A stretch of DNA of 64,000 nucleotides from an uncultured Clostridia bacterium. Lineage in GTDB: Bacteria > Bacillota > Clostridia > TANB77 > CAG-508. The stretch is from assembly GCA_963559365.1 (NCBI GenBank), contig CAUWKC010000004.1:8431-72430 (forward strand), read 5' to 3'. The notes below the pieces were generated by a model. That model did no database searches. It was not told the DNA's origin and saw nothing but the letters and a program-made list of their open reading frames with translations. The position numbers were made by a program, and so were the translations under genes. Below are positions 1 to 9,442 of the stretch, piece after piece (the stretch's first letter is position 1; each line of letters starts with the position of its first letter).

Positions 1-288
1 AACAAAATTGAAGGTGTTAAAGAAAGTTTTGTTTATGGAAAACCAGAAGATGATGGAGATTATAAAATTTGTGCCAAAATAGTATATGATGAAGAATTAG
101 TAAAAGACATTTACGGAACAAAAGATGAAGAAAAAATAAAAGAACTAATCTGGCAAGAAGTAAAAAAAGTAAACAAAACCATGCCAGCTTACAAATATGT
201 AAGAGAAATCAATATAACAAAAGAAGATTTAATAAAAACAACAACCCAAAAAATAAAAAGATTTGAAGAAATAAAAACTGTATTATAA
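1..288 (+). CDS. AMP-dependent acyl-CoA synthetase/ligase, C-terminal fragment (5' end outside window)
   Basis: Frame 1 is open from base 1 to TAA at 286-288. It translates as ...GVKESFVYGKPEDDGDYKICAKIVYDEE...MPAYKYVREINITKEDLIKTTTQKIKRFEE, a typical C-terminus for long-chain acyl-CoA ligases. Confidence 0.5.
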   Translation, partial: NKIEGVKESFVYGKPEDDGDYKICAKIVYDEELVKDIYGTKDEEKIKELIWQEVKKVNKTMPAYKYVREINITKEDLIKTTTQKIKRFEEIKTVL

Positions 289-400
289 GAAATTTAGCTT
301 AGGGAATAATGGAAAATTGAACTCCAAGACTAATAAAACAATGTAATAAAACTGTAATATAAATGTAATAAAAAAGTAAAATAAAAATAAACAAAACCAC

Positions 401-429
401 TTGTAGTTTTTTGTAAGTTCATGTATAAT
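401..429 (+). promoter_or_regulatory. sigma-A type promoter (TTGTAG-17 nt-TATAAT with TG extension)
   Basis: TTGTAG at 401-406 and TGTATAAT at 422-429. It is preceded by phased A-tract repeats (349-400) and lies upstream of ORF 485. Confidence 0.4.
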
Positions 430-484
430 AATAAAAGAAAAGGTAAAAAGCAAGCATGCGTAAGATAAAAGGAGGTACATTACA

Positions 485-1333
485 ATGTCAAAATCAGGCA
501 TAGTAAATGTGAGAATGGTTATCACAGAAGAAAAAATATTATCAAATATAGATAAAGTACAAAGATTAATAAATCCTAAAAGTAAGAAGCAAATAGTACA
601 ACTAGAAGACGACTCTTACTTCAAAGACTTAGTTGAATCAATAAAAATGTACTTAATTGAATACCCAAAAAAGAAAAATTTCCCAGCAAGCGTATATAAA
701 GCATCATATGGGTTAGTTGAATTTGCAACAAACCAATTCGAAGAAAATACCAAAAAAATAGAAGAACTAATCAGACAAAGAGAACAAAATATAGCAGCAG
801 CGGGAGAACTAAAAGATTTACTAGAAATAACAGAAAACAAAGAAAAAGACTGGAAAGAACAAGTAAAAAAAGCAGAAAATACATTTTCTGAAGACATAAT
901 AGAAACATTAACAATAGTAGGAAAATCAAAAGGAAAAACATCAGAAAACTATCAAGACGCAATAAAACTATTAAATGCAAGAATAAACAATTTAGAATCA
1001 AACTTACATATAGAAATTGACATGGAAAGAATCGAAGACAGATCGAAAGCATTAAGCTATATAGGAATTGAAATAGCAGACGCACTAAAATCAATACCAA
1101 CACCAATAGAAGAACCAGTAGTAAACATAGTAGAAGAACCACAACAAATAGAACCAATAGAAGAAATACAACAACAATACGTACAAGAAACAACATTTGA
1201 AACAAAACCAAGCTTGTGGGAAAGAATAAAACAAAGCAAAATAGTAAGAGCCATAAAAGCAATTACAAGAATTAGAATAGTATTAGATTACTCAGACGCT
1301 CTTCCAGAAGGTAGAGGAGAAAATAACCAATAG
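485..1333 (+). CDS. hypothetical acidic coiled-coil protein
   Basis: 282-aa ORF with SD AAAGGAGG 7 nt upstream of the ATG. Lys/Glu-rich heptad-like sequence; no recognisable motif. Confidence 0.6.
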   Translation: MSKSGIVNVRMVITEEKILSNIDKVQRLINPKSKKQIVQLEDDSYFKDLVESIKMYLIEYPKKKNFPASVYKASYGLVEFATNQFEENTKKIEELIRQREQNIAAAGELKDLLEITENKEKDWKEQVKKAENTFSEDIIETLTIVGKSKGKTSENYQDAIKLLNARINNLESNLHIEIDMERIEDRSKALSYIGIEIADALKSIPTPIEEPVVNIVEEPQQIEPIEEIQQQYVQETTFETKPSLWERIKQSKIVRAIKAITRIRIVLDYSDALPEGRGENNQ

Positions 1334-1371
1334 TGAGACAAGTGGGACAGTCAAAAGTGTCTCACTTTTTG
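1332..1371 (+). terminator. rho-independent terminator; copy of the dispersed GTGAGACA/GGGACAG hairpin repeat
   Basis: AGTGAGACA (1332-1340) pairs with TGTCTCACT (1358-1366) and is followed by a T-run. The loop contains GTGGGACAGT. Confidence 0.75.
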
Positions 1372-1563
1372 TTTATTTGACTTTTATGGAAAAATATAGT
1401 ATAATGCAAAACAGTGATATGAGATTTTAGAATAAATAAAAATTTTTGTATGAAGAGATAAAACAAAGCAAATAATAATAAAAAGTGCGGATTTATAAAA
1501 ATTTTACACTATGTAGGTAAGAGAAAAAAAGCCACATAGGAAGAAAAAAAGAGAGGAGAATTT

Positions 1564-3465
1564 ATGACAGAAGAAAATTTAGAAAAAAGAAAAAGACAAA
1601 ACAAAGAGAAGGGAGAAAGACAAGCAAAAAGCAACACAAGAACAACAAGACCATATCATAGAAAAAATAATAAAGAAAAAGAAAAAAAAGTTTCCACACC
1701 AAAAGCAGAAATTGAGGAAACAGTAGAAAAAAAACCAATAAATAAAACAAAAAGAAGAACAACAACAAACAAAGGAAAAGTATCAAGAGCAAAAAAAATA
1801 TTCAAAGAATCCAAATTAAAAATTATCCCATTAGGGGGATTACATGAGGTAGGAAAAAACATTACCGTTTTTGAATACGAAAATGAAATAATTGTTGTAG
1901 ACTGTGGATTATCTTTCCCAGAAGATGACATGTTAGGAATCGACTTAGTTATACCAGATATAACATATTTAGAAAAAAATGTTGACAAAATAAAAGGATT
2001 AATCATAACACATGGACACGAAGACCATATAGGAAGCGTACCGTATTTATTAAAGAAAATTAATATTCCAATTTACGCACCAAAACTAGCAGCAGGATTA
2101 ATCAGAAACAAGTTAGAAGAACACAAATTATTAAGAAGTACAAAAATGACAGAAGTAATGCAAGGGCAAACGATAAGCTTAGGACAAAACTTCAAAGTAG
2201 AATTTATTCGAAGTTCTCATAGTATACCAGATTCTGTAATGCTAGCCATAACTACACCAGCAGGAACAATATTACACACAGGAGATTTTAAAGTAGACTA
2301 TACACCAATTGATGGGAAAGTAATGGACTTTGGAAGAATTGCTGAAATCGGAAATCAAGGAATTTTAGCATTAATGTCAGACAGTACAAATGCTGAAAGA
2401 AAAGGATTTACAATGTCAGAAAGTTCTATTGGTGAAGTATTTGACAAACTATTTTTACATTGTACTAAAAGAATAGTAGTAGCAACATTTGCGTCTAATG
2501 TTCACAGAGTACAACAAATTGTAAATTCAGCAATTAAATATAATCGTAAAATTGCAGTTTGTGGTAGAAGCATGATAAACATGATAGAAACAGCAAGAGA
2601 ATTAGGATATATTGAATGTCCAGAAAATATTTTTATTGATATAGACCACATTAATAATTACACAGACGACCAATTAGTTATCATTACAACAGGAAGCCAA
2701 GGAGAACCCATGTCAGCACTAACAAGAATGGCAGCTGGTGACCATAGAAAAGTAAAAATAACATCAAATGATTTAGTTATTATATCAGCTACACCAATAC
2801 CAGGAAACGAAAAATTTGTATCTAAAGTCATTGATGATTTAATGCAAATTGGAGCAGAAGTAGTTTATAGTTCGCTAGAAACAATTCACGTTTCTGGGCA
2901 TGCTTGTCAAGAAGAGCAAAAATTAATTTTGGCTTTAACAAAACCAAAGTATTTTATACCAATACATGGAGAATATAGACAACTAATTGCACATAGCGAA
3001 ACAGCACAAAGCATGGGAATTGATAAAGATAATATAATTATGATGTCAAATGGTAGAGTTTTAGAAATTAATGAACAAGGAGCAGCTTTAACATCTTCTG
3101 TTCCAAGTGGTAGAGTTTTAGTAGATGGATTAGGCGTTGGAGATGTAGGAAGCATTGTTTTAAGAGATAGACAGCATTTATCACAAGATGGATTGATAGT
3201 TATTGTTTTAACTATGGATTCATCAACAGGAGAAGTAATAGCAGGACCAGATATCATTTCAAGAGGATTTGTTTATGTAAAAGAATCAGAAAATCTAATG
3301 GATGATGTAAAATCAGTGGTAAGACATGAAATTAAAAAATGTGAAGAAAGAGGCATTACGGATTGGGCAACAATAAAATCAACAACAAGAGAAAATTTAA
3401 GAGATTATATATTTATGAAAACTAAAAGAAATCCGATGATAATCCCAATTATTATGGAAGTATAA
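1564..3465 (+). CDS. rnj: ribonuclease J (MBL/beta-CASP) with a Lys/Arg-rich N-terminal extension of about 85 aa
   Basis: KIIPLGGLHEVGKNITVFEY, ITHGHEDHIGSVPYL, HTGDFK and HVSGHA motifs. Length and order match RNase J. Confidence 0.9.
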   Translation: MTEENLEKRKRQNKEKGERQAKSNTRTTRPYHRKNNKEKEKKVSTPKAEIEETVEKKPINKTKRRTTTNKGKVSRAKKIFKESKLKIIPLGGLHEVGKNITVFEYENEIIVVDCGLSFPEDDMLGIDLVIPDITYLEKNVDKIKGLIITHGHEDHIGSVPYLLKKINIPIYAPKLAAGLIRNKLEEHKLLRSTKMTEVMQGQTISLGQNFKVEFIRSSHSIPDSVMLAITTPAGTILHTGDFKVDYTPIDGKVMDFGRIAEIGNQGILALMSDSTNAERKGFTMSESSIGEVFDKLFLHCTKRIVVATFASNVHRVQQIVNSAIKYNRKIAVCGRSMINMIETARELGYIECPENIFIDIDHINNYTDDQLVIITTGSQGEPMSALTRMAAGDHRKVKITSNDLVIISATPIPGNEKFVSKVIDDLMQIGAEVVYSSLETIHVSGHACQEEQKLILALTKPKYFIPIHGEYRQLIAHSETAQSMGIDKDNIIMMSNGRVLEINEQGAALTSSVPSGRVLVDGLGVGDVGSIVLRDRQHLSQDGLIVIVLTMDSSTGEVIAGPDIISRGFVYVKESENLMDDVKSVVRHEIKKCEERGITDWATIKSTTRENLRDYIFMKTKRNPMIIPIIMEV

Positions 3466-3474
3466 AAATAATAA

Positions 3475-3506
3475 AAAAGGTATCCTAAAATAACAGGATA
3501 CCTTTT
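3475..3506. terminator. bidirectional rho-independent terminator
   Basis: AAAAGGTATCCT-aaaataac-AGGATACCTTTT perfect 12-bp stem between convergent genes. Confidence 0.75.
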
Positions 3507-3524
3507 TAGAAAGGTTTAACTAGT

Positions 3525-3725
3525 TTAAGATAAAAGACTAGCAATAGAAGGCAACAACTTTTGTAGTATGTCTCTTTGAAATTCACAATAATGAATCACT
3601 TTTGCGTCATCATTTTTGCGGTTATAACTTATAATACCAAGACGTTTAGTCTGAAAGAAAACGTCATAATAGTTATTACCTACTTTCCGCAATTCCAAAA
3701 ATCCTCCACGTATTACTTTACTCAT
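3525..3725 (-). CDS. hypothetical small protein (66 aa)
   Basis: Good SD (AAAGGAGA) 5 nt upstream of the ATG on the minus strand. No recognisable motif. Confidence 0.5.
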   Translation of the reverse strand: MSKVIRGGFLELRKVGNNYYDVFFQTKRLGIISYNRKNDDAKVIHYCEFQRDILQKLLPSIASLLS

Positions 3726-3870
3726 AATAGTCTCCTTTCATTTAATTAATCAACAAGTAACAATAAAATTATAACATAATAAACATAAAAAAACAAGAAA
3801 GATACTTGAGTATTAAGCAAAAATGTAGTATAATAAGCCAAAATCAAACTTGAAAAGAGGAGAAAAATCA

Positions 3871-5532
3871 ATGGATTATAAAGAATTAGCAAATTTAATA
3901 TTTCCAGAGGTAAAAGAGATTACCTATTATGAAGAAAAATATCCTAGAAGACAATTAAAAGAAGGAGCAATTGTTACAAGATTTGCCCCAAGTCCAACAG
4001 GATTTGTACACATAGGAGGATTATATCAATCTTTAATAGCTAGAAAATTAGCAAATCAAACAGAAGGAGTGTTCTTTTTAAGAATAGAAGATACAGATCA
4101 AAAAAGAGAAGTAGAAAATGGAATTACAGGAATAGTAAATGCATTAAATGATTTTGCTATTGTACCAGATGAAGGAATGATTTCACAAACAGAAGAAAAA
4201 GGAAATTATGGACCATATAAGCAATCTTTAAGAAAAGAAATTTATCAATCATATGCAAAACATTTAATAGAAGAAGGAAAAGCCTATCCATGTTTTTGCT
4301 CACCAGATGAAATAGAAAAAATAAGAGAAAAACAAGAAGCTGCAAAAATAAGACCAGGTTATTATGGAGTATGGGCTAAATGTAGAAACCATACTGTAGA
4401 AGAAATGGCAGAAAAAATAAAAAACGGAGAATCTTATATTATTCGTTTCAAATCACCAGGAAGAGAAGACAAAAAAATAAAACATCATGATGTAATTAAA
4501 GGAAATGTAGACTTTCCAGAAAATGACCAAGATATTGTTATTATCAAAGCAGATGGATTACCTACTTATCACTTTGCCCATGTAGTGGATGACCATTTAA
4601 TGGGAACAACACATGTAATTCGTGGAGATGAATGGCTTTCATCAATACCACTTCACTTGCAACTATTCCATGAAATGGGATTTAAAGCACCTAAATATGC
4701 ACATATTGCACCAATAATGAAAAATGACAATGGAAATAAAAGAAAACTAAGTAAAAGAAAAGATGCAGAAGCAGCAGTTAGTTATTATGAAGAAGAAGGT
4801 GTGCCAGAAGATGCTGTAAAAGAATATTTATTAAATATTGCAAACTCAAATTTTGAAAATTGGAGAAGAGCTAATCCAGAGAAAAAAATGGAAGAATTTG
4901 AATTACAATTTAACAAAATGAGTGTAAGTGGAGCATTATTTGATATGATAAAATTATTAGATGTAGGAAAAACAGTTATATCTAGAATGACAGCAGAAGA
5001 AGTTTATCAAAAAACTTTAGAATGGGCAAAAAGACATGATGAAGAACTAGTAAAAATGTTACAAGATAAAGAATATGCTTTACAAGTATTAGGAATAGAA
5101 AGAGGAAATAAAAAACCAAGAAAAGATATTGCAAAATGGTCTGAAGTAAAAGAAAATATTGACTATATGTATGATGAAGAATTTTATAAAAAAGCAAAAG
5201 AATATCCATATCAAGTAATTAAAGAAAAAGAAGAAATAGAAAAAATTCTAAACCTATATATAGAAAAATATTATGATGAAACTGATGACAAACAAACATG
5301 GTTCGATAAAATCAAAGAATTAGCAGGAGAAATGGGATATGCAAAAGAAGTAAAAGAATTTAAAGCAAATCCTGATAAATACAAAGCACATGTAGGAGAT
5401 GTAAGCACAGTATTAAGAATAGCTTTAACAGCAAGAACAAATACACCAGATATGTATGAAATAATGAAAATTTTAGGAAAAGAAAGAATATCAAAAAGAT
5501 TTGAAAAAGCAAAGCAAGAATTGGGGAAATAA
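3871..5532 (+). CDS. gltX: glutamate--tRNA ligase
   Basis: PSPTGFVHIGG (HIGH) and KLSKR (KMSKS) motifs. ATG at 3871 follows AGAGGAG; the track start (TTG 3850) is probably too early. Confidence 0.9.
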   Translation: MDYKELANLIFPEVKEITYYEEKYPRRQLKEGAIVTRFAPSPTGFVHIGGLYQSLIARKLANQTEGVFFLRIEDTDQKREVENGITGIVNALNDFAIVPDEGMISQTEEKGNYGPYKQSLRKEIYQSYAKHLIEEGKAYPCFCSPDEIEKIREKQEAAKIRPGYYGVWAKCRNHTVEEMAEKIKNGESYIIRFKSPGREDKKIKHHDVIKGNVDFPENDQDIVIIKADGLPTYHFAHVVDDHLMGTTHVIRGDEWLSSIPLHLQLFHEMGFKAPKYAHIAPIMKNDNGNKRKLSKRKDAEAAVSYYEEEGVPEDAVKEYLLNIANSNFENWRRANPEKKMEEFELQFNKMSVSGALFDMIKLLDVGKTVISRMTAEEVYQKTLEWAKRHDEELVKMLQDKEYALQVLGIERGNKKPRKDIAKWSEVKENIDYMYDEEFYKKAKEYPYQVIKEKEEIEKILNLYIEKYYDETDDKQTWFDKIKELAGEMGYAKEVKEFKANPDKYKAHVGDVSTVLRIALTARTNTPDMYEIMKILGKERISKRFEKAKQELGK

Positions 5533-5534
5533 AA

Positions 5535-5717
5535 ATGGAATATCAGATAGGAGATATTGTAAGAACCAAAAAAACACATCCATGTGGTAGCAAATTATGG
5601 GAAATAACAAGAGTAGGAGTAGACTTTAAATTAAAATGTCAAGGATGTGGACATGTGGTTACATTAGAAAGACAAAAAGCATTAAAAGCAATAACAAAAA
5701 AGATAGAAAAACAATAG
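5535..5717 (+). CDS. DUF951-family small protein
   Basis: GDIVRTKKTHPCGS..W.I.R.G.D.KLKCQGCGH pattern typical of DUF951 (about 60 aa). Confidence 0.65.
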   Translation: MEYQIGDIVRTKKTHPCGSKLWEITRVGVDFKLKCQGCGHVVTLERQKALKAITKKIEKQ

Positions 5718-5778
5718 GAATTTTACAAAGTCACCAAACGACAAAAAATAGCATAAAATACCATAGGAGGTGACTGTT

Positions 5779-6063
5779 ATGGAACCACAAGAAGTTATTG
5801 ATTGTTATGATAACAAAGAAGAAAAATGCAACAGAAAAAGAAATTGTTTAGGAATAATAGCTATTATACTATTAGCTTTGTTTACTCTGGTAATTGGATT
5901 ACTAATAGGAGCAGCTATTTCAGCAACAATTTTGGTAGCATTACCAGCTATTATTGTATTAGCCATTGTATTAGGAATATTATTGATACTAACAGTAATA
6001 CTAATGCTTTGTGGAAATAAAAAAGAAAAGAAAAACAAATGTAAGTGCAAATGTTGTTGTTAA
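5779..6063 (+). CDS. small two-TM membrane protein with poly-Cys/Lys C-terminus
   Basis: AGGAGG at 5765-5770, ATG at 5779. Long hydrophobic core; the C-terminus is GNKKEKKNKCKCKCCC. Confidence 0.5.
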   Translation: MEPQEVIDCYDNKEEKCNRKRNCLGIIAIILLALFTLVIGLLIGAAISATILVALPAIIVLAIVLGILLILTVILMLCGNKKEKKNKCKCKCCC

Positions 6064-6095
6064 AAAAAGTCAGTATGCATAATGCGTACTGACTT

Positions 6096-6683
6096 TTATG
6101 AATTTATGTAAGAATCAATAATTTCCCAAACAGCTTCCTGATAAATTTTTCTTTCAGAAGAAAAAGGAAGTGTCTTAATATCACCTAAAGGATTTAATTG
6201 TTTTTGCAGATTAATAACAACATCATCTACTTTTGTTTTTGCAATTTTATCAGCCTTATTAGCTAAAATCAAACAAGGTAATCCAGAAGAAATAATATAA
6301 CGATACATTAACTTGTCATTCTCTGTTGGATTGTGCCTAATATCAATCAAAAACACAACTAAAGAAATTTCTTTGCGATGAAACAAATATTGCTCAATAA
6401 ATTTACCTACTTTTTCTTGTTCTTTTTTGGACATTTTACTATAACCATAACCAGGTAAATCTACAAAATAGAAAGTATCATCCATATTATAAAAATTGAT
6501 TTGACGAGTTTTGCCAGGTTCACTACTAGTTCTTGCTAACTTTTTTCTATTAATCATAGTATTAACAAAACTAGATTTTCCGACATTAGATTTACCAACT
6601 AATACGATTTCAGGTAATCCTTGAGAAGGATATTGTTTGGGGTGCACCGCAGATATTTCAAATTTAGGATTTTTAACTAGCAT
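6096..6683 (-). CDS. engB: ribosome-biogenesis GTPase YsxC/EngB
   Basis: GKSNVGKSSFVN (G1), DLPGYGY (G3) and NKADK (G4). AAGGAGG precedes the ATG giving MLVKNPKF. Confidence 0.85.
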   Translation of the reverse strand: MLVKNPKFEISAVHPKQYPSQGLPEIVLVGKSNVGKSSFVNTMINRKKLARTSSEPGKTRQINFYNMDDTFYFVDLPGYGYSKMSKKEQEKVGKFIEQYLFHRKEISLVVFLIDIRHNPTENDKLMYRYIISSGLPCLILANKADKIAKTKVDDVVINLQKQLNPLGDIKTLPFSSERKIYQEAVWEIIDSYINS

Positions 6684-6720
6684 AATTAGCCTCCTTTTTA
6701 AAGTTGCCAATAGGTTATCC

Positions 6721-8004
6721 CTATTGGCAAGTTATTTTTTCTAATCCACCCATGTAAGGTCTTAAAACTTCTGGAATAATAACACTTCCATCTGGTTGAT
6801 AGTTATTTTCCATAATAGAAATCAACATACGAGGTGGGGCAACTACTGTGTTATTTAATGTATGAGCAAAATAATTTCCGTTTTCACCTTTAATACGTAT
6901 ACCAAGTCTACGAGATTGAGCATCTGTTAAATTAGAACAACTTCCTACTTCGAAATATTTCTTTTGTCTAGGACTCCATGCTTCTACATCACATGATTTT
7001 GCTTTTAAATCAGCTAAATCACCACTACAACATTCTAAAGTTCTAACAGGAATGTTCATACTTCTGAAAAATTCTACTGTGTATGACCACATTTTATCAT
7101 ACCATTCCCAAGATTGTTCTGGTTCACATACAACAATCATTTCTTGTTTTTCAAATTGATGAATTCTATAAACACCACGTTCTTCAATTCCATGTGCGCC
7201 TTTTTCTTTTCTGAAACATGGAGAGTAAGAGGTCATAGTATATGGCATATTTTCTTTTTTTAGAATTTGATCTTTAAATTTACCAATCATAGAGTGTTCA
7301 CTAGTTCCAATTAAGTATAAATCTTCTCCTTCTATTTTATACATCATAGCATCCATTTCTTCGAAACTCATAACGCCAGTTACTACATCAGAACGAATCA
7401 TAAATGGTGGAATACAATAGGTAAATCCCTTGTTAATCATAAAGTCTCTAGCATAAGTTAAAACTGCTGAATGAAGTCTTGCAACATCTCCTAATAAGTA
7501 ATAGAAACCATTTCCACTAACACGTCTAGCACTGTCTAAATCTAATCCTCCTAATGCTTCTAAAATTTCTCCATGATAAGGAATTTCATAATCTGGAACT
7601 ACTGGTTCTCCAAATTTTTGTACTTCCACATTTTCACTGTCATCTTTACCAATAGGAACAGATTCGTGCATAATATTAGGAATTTTCATCATTCTTGTTT
7701 TTATAGCTTCTGCATATTCATTTTCTAATTTTTCGTTTTCTTCCAATTTCTCATTTATTTGACTTACTTGTAATTTTACTTTTTCTGCTTCTTCATTATT
7801 ACCTGATTTCATTAAGTTACCAATTTGACTACTTAAACTTTTTCTTTCTGATCTTAAATTATCACCATTTAATTTGGCTTCTCTATTTTTTATGTCTAAT
7901 TCAATTACTTCGTCTACTAATACCAATTTCTGGTCTTGGAATTTCTTTTTTATATTTTCTTTTACCACTTCAGGATTTTCTCTTAAAAATTTAATATCAA
8001 TCAT
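6721..8004 (-). CDS. serS: serine--tRNA ligase
   Basis: N-terminal coiled-coil arm plus class II core (FRKEKGAHG.., TLNNTVVA.PR). 427 aa. Confidence 0.95.
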   Translation of the reverse strand: MIDIKFLRENPEVVKENIKKKFQDQKLVLVDEVIELDIKNREAKLNGDNLRSERKSLSSQIGNLMKSGNNEEAEKVKLQVSQINEKLEENEKLENEYAEAIKTRMMKIPNIMHESVPIGKDDSENVEVQKFGEPVVPDYEIPYHGEILEALGGLDLDSARRVSGNGFYYLLGDVARLHSAVLTYARDFMINKGFTYCIPPFMIRSDVVTGVMSFEEMDAMMYKIEGEDLYLIGTSEHSMIGKFKDQILKKENMPYTMTSYSPCFRKEKGAHGIEERGVYRIHQFEKQEMIVVCEPEQSWEWYDKMWSYTVEFFRSMNIPVRTLECCSGDLADLKAKSCDVEAWSPRQKKYFEVGSCSNLTDAQSRRLGIRIKGENGNYFAHTLNNTVVAPPRMLISIMENNYQPDGSVIIPEVLRPYMGGLEKITCQ

Positions 8005-8018
8005 AAGTTACCTCTTTC

Positions 8019-8279
8019 TTATTTTATATAATTTTTTTCAATTTCATTAGATAATTCAAATCTAAATTTTTGTCCAGTAATGTTATCTGGTCTTTCTTGA
8101 ATTTTTTCTAAAAACATTTTTTCTGGTCTTACCCATATTTTTCGACCGTCTTCTCTTTCATATAAAGGTTTATAAACAACCATTCTTTCTTTGGTTTCCG
8201 AGTCATAGGCAATATTTTCAACAAAATAATAGTTCCCTTTGAAATGTCGATAGACTTTTCCAATTTTTACTTCTTCCAT
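8019..8279 (-). CDS. DUF1653-family protein
   Basis: YRHFKGNYY...VVYKPLY...WVRP pattern typical of DUF1653. Confidence 0.65.
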   Translation of the reverse strand: MEEVKIGKVYRHFKGNYYFVENIAYDSETKERMVVYKPLYEREDGRKIWVRPEKMFLEKIQERPDNITGQKFRFELSNEIEKNYIK

Positions 8280-8384
8280 AAATATCGCTCCTTTTAAATA
8301 ATTGTTCCTATTATACCTTATTTTCTAATAAATGGCAAGAAACATGGGTAAAATAAAAGAAAAAGTTATTGGGAGAAAAAAGAA

Positions 8385-9230
8385 ATGTTTTTTGAAATTG
8401 TGAAATTTATAATATATGCAGGTTTAATTGTTTTAATTGCTAAATACATTTTAGTAACAACTTTAAGAAAATTAGCAGAAAATCTTAATTTGAAACCAAA
8501 AACAGTGGGGAATATAGCAGGTTATGCTACTTCTATACCAGAGTTATTAACAGTTGGTGTTTCTAGTATACAAGGTTTGGTTGGTACAAGCATATTTAAT
8601 ATATTAAGTTCTAATATAATTAATTTAACACAATATTTAGCTTCTATTATTATTAATAAAAATAAAAAGGCATTTAATAATCCGGCAATAAGAATTGATT
8701 TGATAATGGTAATGATAACAATAATAATACCAATTTTTTTAGTTTTTAAAAATATAGAAATGAATTTGATTTTTGTTCCACTTTTTTTGATATTATATAG
8801 TTTATTTATTTACTTGAATAAAAATATTCATAAACTTTATTTAGAAAAAGAGGATAAAGAATTAGAAAAGAAAATACAAGAAGAGGAAGAAAAAGAAAGA
8901 GGAAATACAAGAAAAACATTGCTATATACTATGATTTTAATAGGGGCAGGTATACTATTATATGTTGTAGCAGAATTATTAGGTGATACTTTATACCAAT
9001 TGTGCTATAAATTAAATATATCACAAACAGTAATTGGAATTTTACTTGGTTTTATTACTAGCATTCCAGAGCTTATTACTTTTTTTGAGGCACAGAAACA
9101 TTATAAAAAGAAAAAACAGGATGAGATATTAGGAGTTGTAGAAGCCACAAATAATCTTTTGACATCAAATCTTTTGAATTTGTTTATTATTCAATCAATA
9201 GGAATTTTAATATTATATTATAGCAAGTGA
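8385..9230 (+). CDS. CaCA-type (Na+/Ca2+ exchanger-like) membrane protein
   Basis: Two alpha-repeat motifs, GYATSIPELLT and GFITSIPELITF, in a polytopic membrane protein. Confidence 0.55.
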   Translation: MFFEIVKFIIYAGLIVLIAKYILVTTLRKLAENLNLKPKTVGNIAGYATSIPELLTVGVSSIQGLVGTSIFNILSSNIINLTQYLASIIINKNKKAFNNPAIRIDLIMVMITIIIPIFLVFKNIEMNLIFVPLFLILYSLFIYLNKNIHKLYLEKEDKELEKKIQEEEEKERGNTRKTLLYTMILIGAGILLYVVAELLGDTLYQLCYKLNISQTVIGILLGFITSIPELITFFEAQKHYKKKKQDEILGVVEATNNLLTSNLLNLFIIQSIGILILYYSK

Positions 9231-9261
9231 AATCTAAAAAACGAAACTTATTTAAAAATGC

Positions 9262-9291
9262 TTGACAAAATGGATAAAAGTAGTATATAAT
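9262..9291 (+). promoter_or_regulatory. sigma-A promoter of the infC-rpmI-rplT operon
   Basis: TTGACA at 9262-9267 and TATAAT at 9286-9291 (18-nt spacer). Confidence 0.55.
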
Positions 9292-9424
9292 ATAACACGT
9301 TACAAGAAGAAGTCAGCTTCTCACCTTATCCAAATAAGGAAAAAGGTTAGAAATTAAATAAACAATGAGTTCTAAAAGCTCGGATTTATTTTGATTTGAC
9401 TTGTAACAAAGTCAAATTTTTTAT
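9292..9424 (+). promoter_or_regulatory. candidate L20-responsive leader/attenuator of infC operon
   Basis: 130-nt untranslated leader ending in a hairpin (ATTTGACTTG/CAAAGTCAAAT, 9394-9417) plus a T-run just before infC. The position matches the Firmicute L20 leader; the fold was not verified. Confidence 0.45.
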
Positions 9425-9442
9425 ATGATGGAGGTGTTTTCA

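Noticed and set aside
349-400. Tandem ~11-nt repeats (TGTAATAAAAC, TGTAATATAAA, TGTAATAAAAAA, GTAAAATAAAAA).
   Set aside because: They are degenerate and consistent with phased A-tracts (curved DNA or an UP-like region) upstream of a promoter. They are not a distinct repeat element.
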